A stretch of DNA of 64,000 nt from Selaginella moellendorffii (taxonomy: Eukaryota; Plantae; Lycopodiophyta), in NCBI RefSeq assembly GCF_000143415.4, contig NW_003314377.1:248001-312000 (forward strand), written 5' to 3'. The position numbers and the translations under genes are program-made. The notes beneath the pieces are model-generated. The model was given only the letters and a program-made list of their open reading frames with translations, was not told where the DNA came from and searched no databases. This document shows positions 9,880-23,300 of the stretch, in pieces. The stretch's first letter is position 1. Each line of letters begins with the position of its first letter.

Positions 9880-10900
9880 ACAAGTCACGCTGGGAGACGG
9901 CGGCGAATTCTCCTCCAAATCCTCCGCCTCCACCCCTTTCCCCATTCTTCCCCACCTCCGCTTCCTCCCATTACAGTCACAGCTTGCGTCCATGAGGCGC
10001 TTGTCTCACCAAGGTGAAGGGGAATGATAAAGGCATCTTTCCATTTTTCCCTGTCAACTTCAAGAGACTTGAGAGCTGCTTGGAATTCCCCGAAGTTCCA
10101 GTCCAGCAAGTAAAGTCTCCACAAGACTTTCAGGGATGTCTTGTACAGCTGCGAACAATCAGCCGTGGTGGTGGCTTGCCCTTGTTCTGGCGAGAAGATC
10201 TGCAAAGAGGAGCGGCTGCAGTGAGTCTCGAAGATTCGCAGGTCGTTCGGATTGGGCATGGCTTGAGGGCCGGGCAGGGCAGGAGGGACAAGAGCCGGTG
10301 GTGCTAGAACAAGCTGCAGAGGGAAGTGGGCAGCACTGGCAAAGGCAGATTTTTTCCCACTTGACGATGGAGTCTCATTGAAATGCACGTCTGGTGAGAT
10401 GATCAGCGTCTTGGAGACAGGATTGTAGACCTTGTAAGCCTTGTGTTCAATGCCATAGCCTAGGAAAATGTCGCTTGTTGAAGTGAGTTTTTTTTCTAGT
10501 TTTAGAGGGGATATGGACGCCATGGAAGGTGCGCTAATCCATTTGAATTCCACTTTGTGCAAGAACCCTTGACAATCCTGGACCTCAACATTGGCAAGCA
10601 CTTAAACGTGTCTTTTGGTACTTACGAGATATGTTTCCTTACAGTCTTAAGGCCAAGAGTCAAGCTTACTGGGCTGGCTTTGGCTATATTGTTTAGCCTT
10701 CGGTGTTGGGCCGGGTGTCGTTGAGGAGGCGGCAAAGCCAGATGGCCTTTTTGCATGCGGAACTAGCCTCCGCCTCACAGCTGGAGCAGGCAACGACGCT
10801 CTGCTTCTTGCTGCCAATTGCATTGTAATCACAATCATCACAAGATTAATTCCCGGACGAAACACGCACCACGCTGGGAGACACGTCCAGTTCTTTCCAT
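9880..10900. mobile_element. Old rearranged Ty1/copia relic, part of the cassette (also about 32930-33900, 41360-42370, 51850-52850, 60030-60980)
   Basis: Minus-strand integrase C-terminal GIFLGY..HKAYKVYNP..IISPDVHF; RNase H SKKKSVVACSSCEAE..KEAIWLRRLL..YCDNQ on the opposite strand in copies 2-5. Confidence 0.85.
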
Positions 10901-11289
10901 GTTATGCAATCTTAATTGAACATCACAACAGCCTGGAAATCGAGTCCGCTGCTTCATCCCACCAAACAATCTGATCTCGTGCACAGCATGAAACGAACAT
11001 TCTCTGTGCCTCTCCTGATAGAGCCATACAGGACCTTCTCATGTCCAGCCAGCCACTCGATTATTATATGCAGCACACTCAAATACATCCAAGTAAATCT
11101 TGAAATCCTCGCAGAGTAGGCTAAATGAGTCTGCTTGAGGAGGGCTTAAGTGAGTTGGCAAGGTGTAGTTTTGGTCTTTCCCTTGAACATTGTAAGATCA
11201 TGGACCTCACGTCACTACAGTGTCACCTTTAACTCATTGTAACGCCCCATAAAGGGATTACTGCGTTTGCTCAAGTCCTCGATGGGAGC

Positions 11290-11520
11290 GTGGAAGGTGA
11301 TAGCGCCTACATCAGCTCCGTGAATCGCAACAAGGATTTCTTTCTTCTCATGACAGGGGATTTTAGGATCGCGCCAGGCAGGGATCACTTCGTCTGCATG
11401 ATCGATATCTTCGGCCGTGGCAGGGAGAATGCCGAGGAATTGCTGCGTGCCATGCCGTTTGTGCCGGATGCTCTGATTTGTAGGGCTTTGGTGGCATCTT
11501 GCCGATCGCATTACGATATG
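11290..11520 (+). pseudogene. PLS-class PPR/E-domain fragment (also about 34290-34580, 42745-43040, 53200-53480, 62160-62420)
   Basis: DFRIAPGRDHFVCMIDIFGRGRQLENAEELLRAMPFVPDAL..LVASCRSH matches the last PPR motif plus E-domain consensus; truncated. Confidence 0.8.
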
Positions 11521-11715
11521 TTTCGGGCATTGGATCGACATATATGGCAAATCGCTCCAAGAGCGTGTTTAAAATGGAAATTGGCGGGAAAGCGATGTGT
11601 TTGTTTTCTATTCTATCTAGCTGTGCATACTATCGAAAGGTGGAAAAAGAATTTATTTATATATGTAACTTCTTTCCATTCAGTCAAGTCAGCCTCCCAA
11701 CCTTTGGAGAAACTT

Positions 11716-12381
11716 TCAAGTCATGCCGATGAGCTCTCTCAACTTCTGGATGAGACCACGGTCGTCAATCTGGAACGCTTTTGCGATCACGTCGTCGTTG
11801 ATTGGAGGACTGGAATCAAACACCGCCTTGGCCACCTGAGTCGCCCCGGGGTTTTGGCTGTTGAAGCCAGCCATTGCAACCGCAGGCTCCTTTCCAACGT
11901 TGAGCTGGAAGTGAATGAGTCCCCGAGGGAAGACGAACAGATCTCCAGGATAGAGCATTTGGGCGAAGAGCTTGTTGTCCGGCAAGGTGGTGACGAATCC
12001 GACTAAGAGGTTCCCGTGCACGAGGAAGAGCAACTCGGATCCTCGGGGATGGACGTGGGGGGGATTGGTGCCGCCGGGAGCATAGTCGATGCGGGCGAAA
12101 GCTACACCAAAGGTGTTGAGACCGGGGAAATTGTTGACACTCGCCAGCGTGACGTTGGAGCCGAGCTTGTTGTCGGTGTTCCCGGGAGTCGCCAGCAGGC
12201 TCGACTTGAAGTCCTCGGCTTTCACATCGGCGGCCGCCTTGCAGACGACGCCGTTCACTTTGATCTTGGAGCCATTGTCTGCAACGCAAAAGTCCTGCAG
12301 CATATCTTCATCCGCAGCATGTACAAACAAGATGGAGCTGATTGCTAGGAGGAAGGATAGAACAAAACGAAGATGAGCCAT
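11716..12381 (-). CDS. Germin-like protein copy 1 (221 aa, intronless)
   Basis: Signal peptide from MAHLRF; box A QDFCVAD; box B GTNPPHVHPRGSE; box C GDLFVFPRGLIHFQ; Mn ligands H,H,E,H intact. Confidence 0.97.
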   Translation of the reverse strand: MAHLRFVLSFLLAISSILFVHAADEDMLQDFCVADNGSKIKVNGVVCKAAADVKAEDFKSSLLATPGNTDNKLGSNVTLASVNNFPGLNTFGVAFARIDYAPGGTNPPHVHPRGSELLFLVHGNLLVGFVTTLPDNKLFAQMLYPGDLFVFPRGLIHFQLNVGKEPAVAMAGFNSQNPGATQVAKAVFDSSPPINDDVIAKAFQIDDRGLIQKLRELIGMT

Positions 12382-12431
12382 CTTGCGAGCTTGGAAAAGA
12401 CTGATGGAGCTATATGAGGGAGGGGCAGGCA

Positions 12432-12438
12432 TTTTATA
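12432..12438 (-). promoter_or_regulatory. GLP TATA box
   Basis: TATAAAA on the minus strand 51 nt upstream of ATG 12381; conserved in all five copies. Confidence 0.7.
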
Positions 12439-15400
12439 GCCAGAGGAGGGGAGGCGAGGTCCTTTGGATGACTTCGTCGTGAATCGTGCACGATTTTAGG
12501 TACACGGTCTTCTGTTCCCTTCTATTTCATTTTTTACTCTTACTGTCCGCGTAACACAATCTGATTTGTTTGCTGCCAAGTCGTCTCGGAAGTTTTCTTT
12601 TACCGGGCTTGTCTAGAGCCGTCAAAATCATCTTTTCTTAGATGATGACGACCTTGGTTTTGATGGTAGGAACCGGTCTCAGTGAAACTCGAGTTTTACA
12701 CGGTCTTGGTAAAAGCTTGACACTAAATTGCTTTATTCTCCAGAGACTTTTTATATGTGGAGTTTTAATGGAATTATTATGGATTGTGTAGGTCCATTGC
12801 TGATACAAATAAACTATGGGTATATCGACCAAAGGTACGTCTATGTAGGTTATCAATTTTGCAGACAATTATGTTGTCAGAAGGATACTTGCTCACGTAG
12901 TCATGAGATATATATAGTCATAGTCATTGTGATTATTGCTTGCATCATTGTCATGGGCAAAATAGAATGTTTATTGCTGCCACTTTATTAATCAGTTTAA
13001 TGAAATAAACTTATGATATTAAAAAGTTTTATAATTTGTCCCACCATTGCAATCTAGGAAAGCATCCAGTTGGGGTGGTGGGAGTGAACTGAGAAACCCA
13101 ATAAGGTTTAGACTTTGGGTTAAGGCATGACATTTTTGCCTTGAGTAGATTCAAGCTCCATGAGAAAGATCTAACAAGTATTGAGCAAAAAGATCTCACC
13201 TAGCTTGCCTTGTCCTTTGTAACAAGTAGCTCACAAATCCACTCATCCACTCATTATTTGGCAACTTAGAAATAATATAAACTTCCATTTTACTCAAAGT
13301 AGTTGATGGAGTTAGAGGGTTCTTTAGTTGCTGTTGAGCTGACTTAGAAGATGTTTCTTGAGGAGCATCCAATAGCTAAGTATCCAAAGGCCATTTGAAT
13401 TGTCATTCATATCACTATCTATACAAATGGACTAGTTGGATTTTGAGTTGAAATAACTATAACCAAAGGATCTCCAAGAATCTCACTATCCTAGCTAAGA
13501 AGATTATAGCTTCTTCCAAGCTCCAAGCTCCTACTAAACTAGCTCGTAAAATTGTCCATATTGCTACTCTTGCTGCAAGCTTTGGCACCATGCCAATCTA
13601 AAAGTAGGCCTAGGCCTTAGCCTCATCCATGAGCACAAGAAGGGTCTAAAACTCTAAAATCTTTGCTATTTTTGTGTGCCTATAAACCTGTAATGTGAAA
13701 GAAAGAAATAAATAAAGGATAAAAAATAAAGAGAAAAGAAGGGAAGAGTGGAGTGGATGCTTGCTATTGCACTTGCTTGACTTGATCTTGCACTTTGCTT
13801 CAGCTAAATATAAACAATTACATAAAAATTGAGAGAGAAGAGTAACTTAAAGTCCTTCAATCCCCCAAAAGGCTTTTGTTAAGGTTGTGAGCAAGGATAG
13901 GCTTAATATTGCTTGAGTACTTTAGATCTTGAGTATGTGGATATGTGGAGAAGGGAGAAAAAAGGCAAGCTCGAGGATTCAAGTTTAGGGAAGTAAACTT
14001 GAGAGGTTCAAGGTTAGGACTGTATTCTTAACCTTAACGTGAGTAGTAGCGACTATAAAAGTAGGACTTAGAATGTTTTTAGACTTATCCCTAATACAAA
14101 ATACATTGCAATACATCATCATTCTGCCTATCTCTCTTTGGCTCTTCATGGCAATGGCAATGTCTTACTTACCCACCGCCTTCAAGGGATCAAAGGCATG
14201 GGACTAGCACCTTCAAGCACATGTTCACAGTCTCTACTTGGCTTGGCACAAGCAGGTAAGTGCATTCATCTTGTTGTGTTGTTTTAGATTTAGGGATTAG
14301 ATTAGATTTGAAACTCCTAGGAAGATCTCATATGGACGTTTTCCTCCTAGTTTAGAGATTCCAGGAGTTTTCACTGGCAACCACAGTGGGATAGAGCAGA
14401 TCAAGACGCTCATTTCCCCAAAACTTCAAGGAAAACAGACTAAAGACGCACAAGAAAATGGCATAAGAAGAAAAAAAAGACCCAAAAATCAAGAAAAACA
14501 AGAGCGTAAAACAAAAACGGTGGAAAATTATGAAGGAATGAAGAAAAAAATGGATCATAAGACCAAAATATAAAGAACACTTGAAGATTGAAGCCACCCA
14601 AGTTGTGGAAAACTTGGAGCGTACGCGTAACTGTTTTGGCAAGAGGTTGAAGAAAGTGAATATTCCAAGAATCTGTGATAAGGAAACAACCAAGGAAAAA
14701 TTCTAGTGGCTGGAGATGGAGGAAGAATGAAAAAGCACGACTGCCCATTTGGAGACACAAGCTATACAAGATATGAGGACTGCCTTTTGTGTGGTTTCAA
14801 AAATTATGCAAAACCATACAAGCAATGCTATTCAAAATGGCAATGCGACACTTGCAAGCAAGCAAAAGTAAGACTCCAAATCAGGGATGAAAATGCCACA
14901 GCGGAGGAGAGAAGAAAACAAGAAGAAATACCCCAAGAAAACGACACCAAAAAGAAAGATGATAGTTTAGAACAAGTAGCAAAACAAAGCTTTAGCTGCT
15001 TACGAAAACTACAAGAAACAATTTTGCAACTCTTTTACAAATTGTCTAGCAAATAGGAAGAATGCAAAAATGAGGAAATGTTGAAAGAAAAATATGTTTA
15101 CTTCGATTTCTTTGCAACTCGAAGAACTCTGACTTGGGGTGTATCGTGGACACCTCTTTCAACAAACAATTGTCGAATTCCTAGGCATACACAAACATGA
15201 AACTTTTCAACCATTAACGCTTGCTTTCAACACTGATTTGACGAGAGTCATAGCAACAACAAAGTATAGCACCTTTGAACCACGAGTTCGTTGGTTTGTG
15301 GACACTCTTAGATTTAGAGATTTCGAAGAGAATGCGGAATTACTTTACCGACTTCTTCAAAGTCCTCTTCGTGTAATGCTACCAACAAGCACTCTTATTG

Positions 15401-16499
15401 AACAATATACTATAGCATATTGGCACCATTTAGGATGGACAAGAATAGCTAGAAAATTAAGAAATCAAAGACAAGGCCGTCAACAAATTTAAATTCGGAA
15501 TTCAAGTTCAAGAAACCGATGGGAACCTGAACTTGAGTCAAGTTCAAGGGAACGACTTGAAAACTCAAGGATAACAAGTCGAAGGAGGAGAAATTTAAGA
15601 TAGAATCATAATAGGCCAAGATTAAATACAGTAACAAACTTCAACTTTGACACTAATGTCCAACATCGAAACCCTAGCCTAGAGCTACATATCACTCGCA
15701 ACCAACAAGGAAGAGTGCGTCCAAGTAGTCTCAACATTTTAAGGAGTATTTTAGGAGATCTTGCGTCAAGATTTCAAACTTATAATGCAAGAGTTTTAAT
15801 TAAGACTATCCCTTGGGAAGTTCGTGAAGCGATCGACTCTGATCGTGAAAGAGAACATGCTATATGACAGAGGGAAGTAGAACACCACCAGCAAGAACAG
15901 CATCAGGGAAATGCACCATCACGAAATCGACTATAGAAAAAAGTGCACTGGATAAATCTGCGCACACATAGGCTTAAAGCAACAAGAATCTGTTGGAAAC
16001 TATACTGTGACGTGTGGACGTCATTAGAGACTAGAAACATACGAGCAGTAGGACATTTAAAATACAACCACTACTATATTCAGGATTTTCAAATATTACC
16101 AACGACAAAAGCTCATAGTGAGAGCTTGCATACCACAACAACCAACACATCATAAGAGATTAAAACAATTGTTCAAGATTGGACTACTAGAAAGAATTGC
16201 AATCATTTGCATACCTGCTTGATCCCGAAGTTGGCGAACAGTGTCCAAATTTACTAGCGAACAGCTATATCGATCAATTTATGACACAACCGACCTGCTT
16301 CCACAAACAAAATCGTACTTACTTACACCACCAGATTTTTCAAATACAAGACCTTTCCTGAGCTAGACTCAAGAAAGTGACCTCGAGAAGAAACTCGGGA
16401 AGAATTGAGACAGAAAAACTCAATTGAAGATTCAAGACATAAGAGCTTGACTTTGCAACAAAACCAACTTGCAGAAGACTCAGGACATAAGAGCTTGAC

Positions 16500-19400
16500 T
16501 GACACGAACCATAGGAATATTCCGAGAATATTCTATGGCTTGTGGGATTTAAGGCCGTAACGCCTTAAGGGTTGGGAGGTTGGCCTAGGGTTCGCTCTCT
16601 TGTTCGTTTCATTGGTATCGGAGCAGCACGTTCTTTTGGGGATGGTGGGAGAGCAAGACATTGATCCTGATGAGGAGTATGGCGTTAGTGATGATAGCCA
16701 TGACGATGCAGAAGAGACTCTTGATGATGTCGTTGTGCGGCAAGGACTCCAGATTTCTGAGGTTCAGAGCGACATAAAGGACGTTAAGGATTCCGTCAAT
16801 CTCATTAAGGATTTCTTGCTTCGCATGAACCCTCAAAGGTTGAATCAATCTCATGTCCGTGATTACCATTGGTATGTCAAACATGCCAAGGATTATGGTA
16901 TTGTGGAATGGAAATCATCACCGGATGTTTGTGATAGTCAAGAGGTTGATTCTTGGTTGGAATTGTGGGAAAGTTGTTGGTCTCACAATCCTTGTAAGGA
17001 TAAGGTGAAGATAGATTTCTTTGTGACGAAGTTTACGGGCCATGCTTCTTCGTGGTGGAAGAACTACATCAAAGCTAATCCGAAGCCGACTTCTTGGACT
17101 AATTTGACAAAGGTTTTCCGCGCTTCGTTTGTCAAGAAGTTTGAAGAAGTTGATCTTGTGAATCAATTGTTAGAGATCCGGCAAGGGACTCTGTCTTTAG
17201 ATGCGTATGCCCGCAAGTTTTGTGATCTTTGCCTTAGTCTCACAGGCACCTATAATGAGCTGCTAAAGGTGCAATGTTTTATCAAAGGATTGAGCTCGGT
17301 GGATGTGCAGCAGAAGGTCAAGAAGGATTTTCCAGCAACATTGACTGATGCTATCACTAAGGCTCAGATCTTTTCGCCCGAACCATCAGTCAACTCGGTC
17401 AACTCTGGTCAACGAGATAGTCCACAGAGTAGTCAACGTGATGACCAGCTTGCTAATTCTTCATATTCGGGGAAGAAACGGTCGTTATTCCGTTGTGGCT
17501 CGAAGCATGAAAATGGCAGTGAAGCTAAGAAACTTCGTTTGGACCAGCGAGAGAAAGACAAGGCGGAGGGCAATTGTTTTCGTTGCCATAGAGCTGGACA
17601 TCAGAGCAAGGATTGTTCTAAAGGGGTCAATGAATGATAAGGTGACTGTGGTGGAAATTATAGGCAATGATGTGAGTGATAGTGCTTTTGAGGCCATATT
17701 GCTTCAAGTTAGGCATTCTCTCGCCTTCATGAGCCACAAGTTTGATATCACACAGCAGAATTGACCTACTCAAGAATGGCGACATTATCTAAATGGATCG
17801 GACTTCCATATAGTTTCAGATCATCAGTCTCTTCAGATGTGGATCTTCGAGGCCGCCTTGCTCGTTGGCAAGAGTTCCTGCAGGAAATGTCTGTTAAGAT
17901 CCGGTACAAGCATGGAGGTGACAATAAGGTGGCTGATGCGTTATCCAGGATAGTAAATTTTATCTCGTTCGTGAAGCTATCCAGCGATCTCTTGGATGAG
18001 CTTAAGGAGTTTGCTGACTTCGACTCCTTTATCACTGATATTCGCGCGAAGGTTTTGTTGAGGGACGCCTCTACAGATTTGAAGGGTGACAAGTTTGCAT
18101 CATTCGAAATACGAGATGGAATCCTAGTGAAGAAGGGATGTGTTGTGGTTCCTCATGTTGACAAACTCATCAAACGGATTTTGGTTGAGTGTCATGATGT
18201 GCCAAGTGCTGGGCATCTGGGGGTATTAAGAACATATATGTTGGTGAAGAGGCATTTCTTTTGGCCTGGGATGAAGTCAGATGTTGAGAAGTACGTACGT
18301 GGTTGCTTGACCTGCCAGGCGGTCAAAGTTGATCATCAGAAGCTTGCTGGCCTCTATCATCCTTTACGTATTCCCGAGAATAAGTGGGATAGCATCTCGA
18401 TGGACTTTATCACTGGTTTGCCCAAAACCTTTTGAGGAAATGATGCTATTTGGGTTGTTGTGGATCGTTTGACGAAGATGGCTCACTTCTTCCCTGTGAA
18501 GACAACGATAAAAGCTTCTGAACTTGCTCAGTTGTTTGTAGATCGGTTATTCAGTCTCTATGGTTTGCCGGGTGACATTGTGAGTGATCGGGATCCTAAA
18601 TTCAGGTCCAAGTTTTGGCAAACGGTCTTTGAAAAACTAGAGACTAAACTGAGCATGAGTAGTGGTGAGCATCCACAATCTGATGGGCAGACAGAGCGCA
18701 TGAATCAGCTATTAGAAGATATGCTACAGTCTTTTGTGGGAAACTTGACTCGACAGGGAGTATGGGAAAAATACTTGCCTTTGCTTCAGTTTGCTCACAA
18801 TAGCGCTCATCAATCGGCTATTGGCATGTCTCCTTTTATGGCGATGTATGGCTATGAGCCTAGGTCTCCTGTGAATTTGAATTTGGCTTTGGTTCGGGTT
18901 CCTCATGCTTGTGATTTCCTGGAGGATATGCAAGACAAGCTTGAGTTGGCAAAATTGAACATGAGGCAAGCTCAAGAACAAGACAAAAGATTGGCTGATG
19001 AGCATCGTCGTCATCAAGAGTACAAAGTTGGTGACAAGGTTTTCCTTAAGCTGTCGGATGCACAACGATCTCTAAAAGGAAGTGGTAGTGCTAAGTTGTC
19101 CCCACAGTATTGTGGGCCTTGGACAATTTTACAGCGTGTGGGGGATCTTGCATACACTTTGGATTTGCCAGTTAGTTCGAAGATTCATCCAACGTTCCAT
19201 GTGAGCAAGCTTAAAGTGTGTTTGCACTCTGGTGATATCGTGGATCAGTCCATCATCCAGGTTCCAGAGATTGATGCAGAGAAGGCTGGTTCGGCCAATA
19301 TTCTTGCTCAAAGATTGGTGAAAACATGCCGGAAAACAACTAGGGAGTTGTTAGTTCAGTGGAATGGTTATTCCATGGACGAAGCTACATGGGAAACTGA

Positions 19401-19833
19401 GGATGACGTGAAGAGAGTGTTTCCGAGTTTTGGTTATGACTTGGATGACATTCCTGAGGAAGGGGAGAATTGAGTTCTATAGCCGTATTGCTATATAATC
19501 TGAACCGTTTGTTCTATTCTCATTCTCTTGTTTTCCATGACCGTATTGTCATGTGAGAAAGCCGTATTGCTTTCTTTCTTTCGTGACCGTTTGTTGCGAT
19601 GTTGGTGTTGCCGTTTGCACATCTTTTCTCCATGGCCGTATTGCCTTGGACTCCCTTCATTTGAGGCTCGTTTAGCTTCTTGAGGCTACCGTATGTGGCT
19701 GGCTCATGAGGGAGGGGAGAATGACACGAACCACGGAAATATTCCAAGAATATTCCATGGCCTGTGGGATTTAAGGCCGTAACGCCTTAAGGGTTGGGAG
19801 GTTGGCCTAGGGTTCGCTCTCTTGTTCGTTTCA
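16500..19833 (+). mobile_element. Chromovirus-type Ty3/gypsy, non-autonomous (no protease or RT), 112-bp LTRs
   Basis: LTRs 16500-16611 and 19722-19833 (TG..CA, 6 mismatches); TSD TTGAC at 16495-16499 and 19834-19838; PBS TGGTATCGGAGC; PPT 19708-19721; gag with CCHC knuckle; RNase H remnant; integrase; chromodomain LVQWNGYSMDEATWE. Confidence 0.95.
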
Positions 19834-20279
19834 TTGACTTTGCAATCTATGAAGAACAACATTTGACTCAAGACAACTTAGGCAAAACATAAATTCAGGA
19901 AACTTACCTTAATATTCAAGTTGAGAAGACTCAGCAAACTGAATGTACAAACACAAACCAGACCCAATCAAGATCTGGGAAAGAGATCTTCGACAAAAGA
20001 ATCAAGAAGTGAAAAAGGAAGAGATAGAAAAAGAGAAACTAGAACAACAACAGCAACAAATTTTAGAAACGATATTAGAGAAGTACGACAAAGAGGATAA
20101 AGAAATTCAAGTTGCCGAGTCGAACAACTCAGCCAAAGATAACAAAGAACTAAATATTGAAGATGCCCAAAAGTTTGAGGCATTTGAAGAAGCAGAAAAC
20201 ATAGCACCAAAGTTTTACTCCAATCCAAACTCACCAGAACAACAACTTCACCAACAAAGTCTACAACTTCAAATGGCAT

Positions 20280-20379
20280 NNNNNNNNNNNNNNNNNNNNN
20301 NNNNNNNNNNNNNNNNNNNNNNNNNNNNNNNNNNNNNNNNNNNNNNNNNNNNNNNNNNNNNNNNNNNNNNNNNNNNNNN
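20280..20379. other. Assembly gap (100 N)
   Basis: Run of exactly 100 n. Confidence 0.99.
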
Positions 20380-23300
20380 ATTAACCTTACAATAAATACT
20401 TCAAATAGCACCATATCTTAAGAGCCAAATGCTTAAGATTTGTTGTCCACAAATTCCTGATGCTCGCACTCAAGAAAAGCAATTTCCATCTACATCTGAG
20501 AAAGAGGATAACATAAAAATCCAACCTGGAGATTACGATGATAATGTACCTTGTATTGACCTCAACATAGGCAAGAATCAAATCAATGGAGCAATACTTG
20601 ATGGAGGCTCGGGTGTGTATAATCGAGCATGGTATATGTAAAGCAATGGGACTTGGACCCATACAACCTGCTCCCTTCAATGTCTGCATGGCAGACCAAC
20701 ATGTTGTAAGACCAGCTGGCATAATAAGAGATATCACCATTGGAATCAAAGGACACAAGTTCAAGATCAACTTCGTGGTATTAAAAATGCCAATTGAAGA
20801 ATCCTCTTACGTACTCTTGCTTGGAAGACCATGATTAAACAAAGTAGTTTATGCTCAATATTGGATGGACCATGAAATTTGTATACAATCAGACAAAGGA
20901 TAAATGAAAATAGCTACAACTACAACCAAGAAAATTCCAAAAAGATTTCAACCAAATCAAGCCCAAGAATACAATTGGCAAGAAGGCTTGGACGACCTTG
21001 AAGAAGCTAAACTCCTTGAAGCTTACCTAGAGCTACGAGCTTTTCAAGAAATCGATTTACACCATGTACTACCAGTAGTGGCTCAAGACCAGCACCACAA
21101 CTTAAACTCGATGGACCAACCACTCTACTCTACAAAGCTACATGCTCAAAGTCAACAAAGATTAAAGATAAAACAACAAAACGAGAAGCCAACTCTCAAG
21201 CCTGAACAATTACAATCTAAAGAATACAACATTCAGATTGATGATAATCCAGCCCTACAATCTAGAAATGACAACTTTACACCCCGAATTAACCTTAATG
21301 AAGAAATAGAAGAACTCAATCTTGGACTTCACGAAGATCCACACAACATACTCATTGTTGCAAATCTTGACAAAAACTTCAAGATAAAATCTCAACAATT
21401 ACTCATAACTTACAAGGACGTTTTCACATGGTCATACAAAGATCTCAAGGGAATACCCCCGAAACTATGTACACATCGCATAGAGTTACTACCAGGAACT
21501 CGACCAATTAAGCAAACAGCTTATCACATGAATCCAAACTTCACTGATAAAGTCAAAACAGAACTCAACAAACTACAAAATGCTAGATTCATTTACCCCA
21601 TCAAGAATGCACAATGGTTGTCACCATTGGCTATCGTCCCAAAAAAATTGCGAATTTGTGTCAATTACAAAAAGTTGAATGATGTCACGGAAAAAGACTC
21701 TTTCCTTATACCATTCTCAGACGAGATACTTGACGCAGTTGCAGGACATGAGATGTACTCATTCCTCGACGAATTTTCGGGATATAATCAAGTCCACATA
21801 GCGCCAGAAGATCAATACAAGACTGCCTTCATCAGTCTATGGGGCACATATGCATACTCCAGAATGCCATTCGGATTAACAAATGCACCATTTACTTTTC
21901 AAAGGATAATTACCAACACATTTCAGGAATACTTGACTGATTTTATGTGCGTCTTCATGGATGACTTCAGCATTTTTGGAGCAAAAGAAAAACACCTTGA
22001 ACACTTAGAAAAGTGTTTCATTAAATATCAACAAAACCGAGTTGCACTTATATTTTCTTTGTCAAATTAGGAATACTCCTTGGCCATGTCATTTGTAAAG
22101 ACGGAATTCTCATTGACAAAGCAAAAATAGAGGTCATCGTCAAATGACTCCACCCATGGATTTAACGAGTTTGCGAAGATTTCTCGGAAAAATGGGTTAC
22201 CATAGACGTTTTATTCAAGACTATGCAAAGATTGCTAAACCGCTTACGGAGCTACTTAAGAAATCTCAAGTTTATGCATGGACACAAGATTGTCAACTGG
22301 CCTTTGACACACTTAAGGATAAACTTACAAAAGCCCCCATACTGGTTCAACCAGACTGGACATAGGAATTCATTGTCCAAGTAGATGCATTTGATTATGC
22401 ACTTGGAGTTATACTTTGCCAGAGAAAAACTGATAATAGAGACCATCTGATTTACTACACAAGTTGTAGACTCTCTCCACCAGAGATGAACTATACAACC
22501 ACGGAAAAAGAAGCATTAGGAATGGTCTATGCACTCACCAAATTTTGACATTACCTCCTTTCAAACAAAGTCAAGATCATGGTTGATCACCAAGCACTCA
22601 TACACTTACTCAACAAGACAATACTCACTGGAAGAATCGTGAGATGGTTTCTTCTACTTCAAGAATTCAACTTTGAGATTATTCACAAGCCAGGCAAACA
22701 ACATACACAAGCTGATCATCTTAGTCGACTTACCACAGGGGAACAAGTCATGAAAACCAATGATGACTTACTTGATTCACACCTTTTTAAGGTCAAAACT
22801 CAAGGAATGCTCCAGGATATTTACAAATTCTTGACGACAAACAAGATCCCAAATCACTACTTCACAAATGATCAAAGGAAACAATTCGTCTTGAGGACAC
22901 AACGATATTCAGTCGTGGGAGACAAACTATATAAGCTTGGACATGACAACATCTTGAGAAGATGCATAGAATCACAAGAAGAGGTTAAGGATCTACTCGA
23001 TGAAGCTCATGCAGGACGATCGGGAGGTCATTTTGCCGAAGAAATTATGGCTAGGAAAGTGTTACAAGCTGGATTATGGTGGCCAACACTCTAGAAAGAT
23101 GCCACTCAGCATTGTTAAGAATGTGACATATGTCAAAGAACGAAATTTCCACCGAGGAAACAAACTCAGGAACTCAATCTGACAACAACATTGGAACCCT
23201 TCCAGCGTTGGGGACTTGATTTTGTTGGACCTATAGCAAAAAGTAGCAAAGGAAATCAATACATTTTGGTTGCTACCGGCTATATGACAAAATGGGAAGA

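Noticed and set aside
12382-12432. 17-aa N-terminal extension MPAPPSYSS.. on GLP in the ORF track
   Set aside because: That ATG overlaps the TATA box (TATAAAATG) and so is unlikely to be transcribed; MAHLRF begins a normal signal peptide
13097-13688. Left part of the copy-1 insertion (and 23656-23811) as a third TE
   Set aside because: No termini, TSD or domain recognisable
14375-14391. tRNA gene
   Set aside because: Only the 3'-end complement (primer-binding site) is present; no cloverleaf
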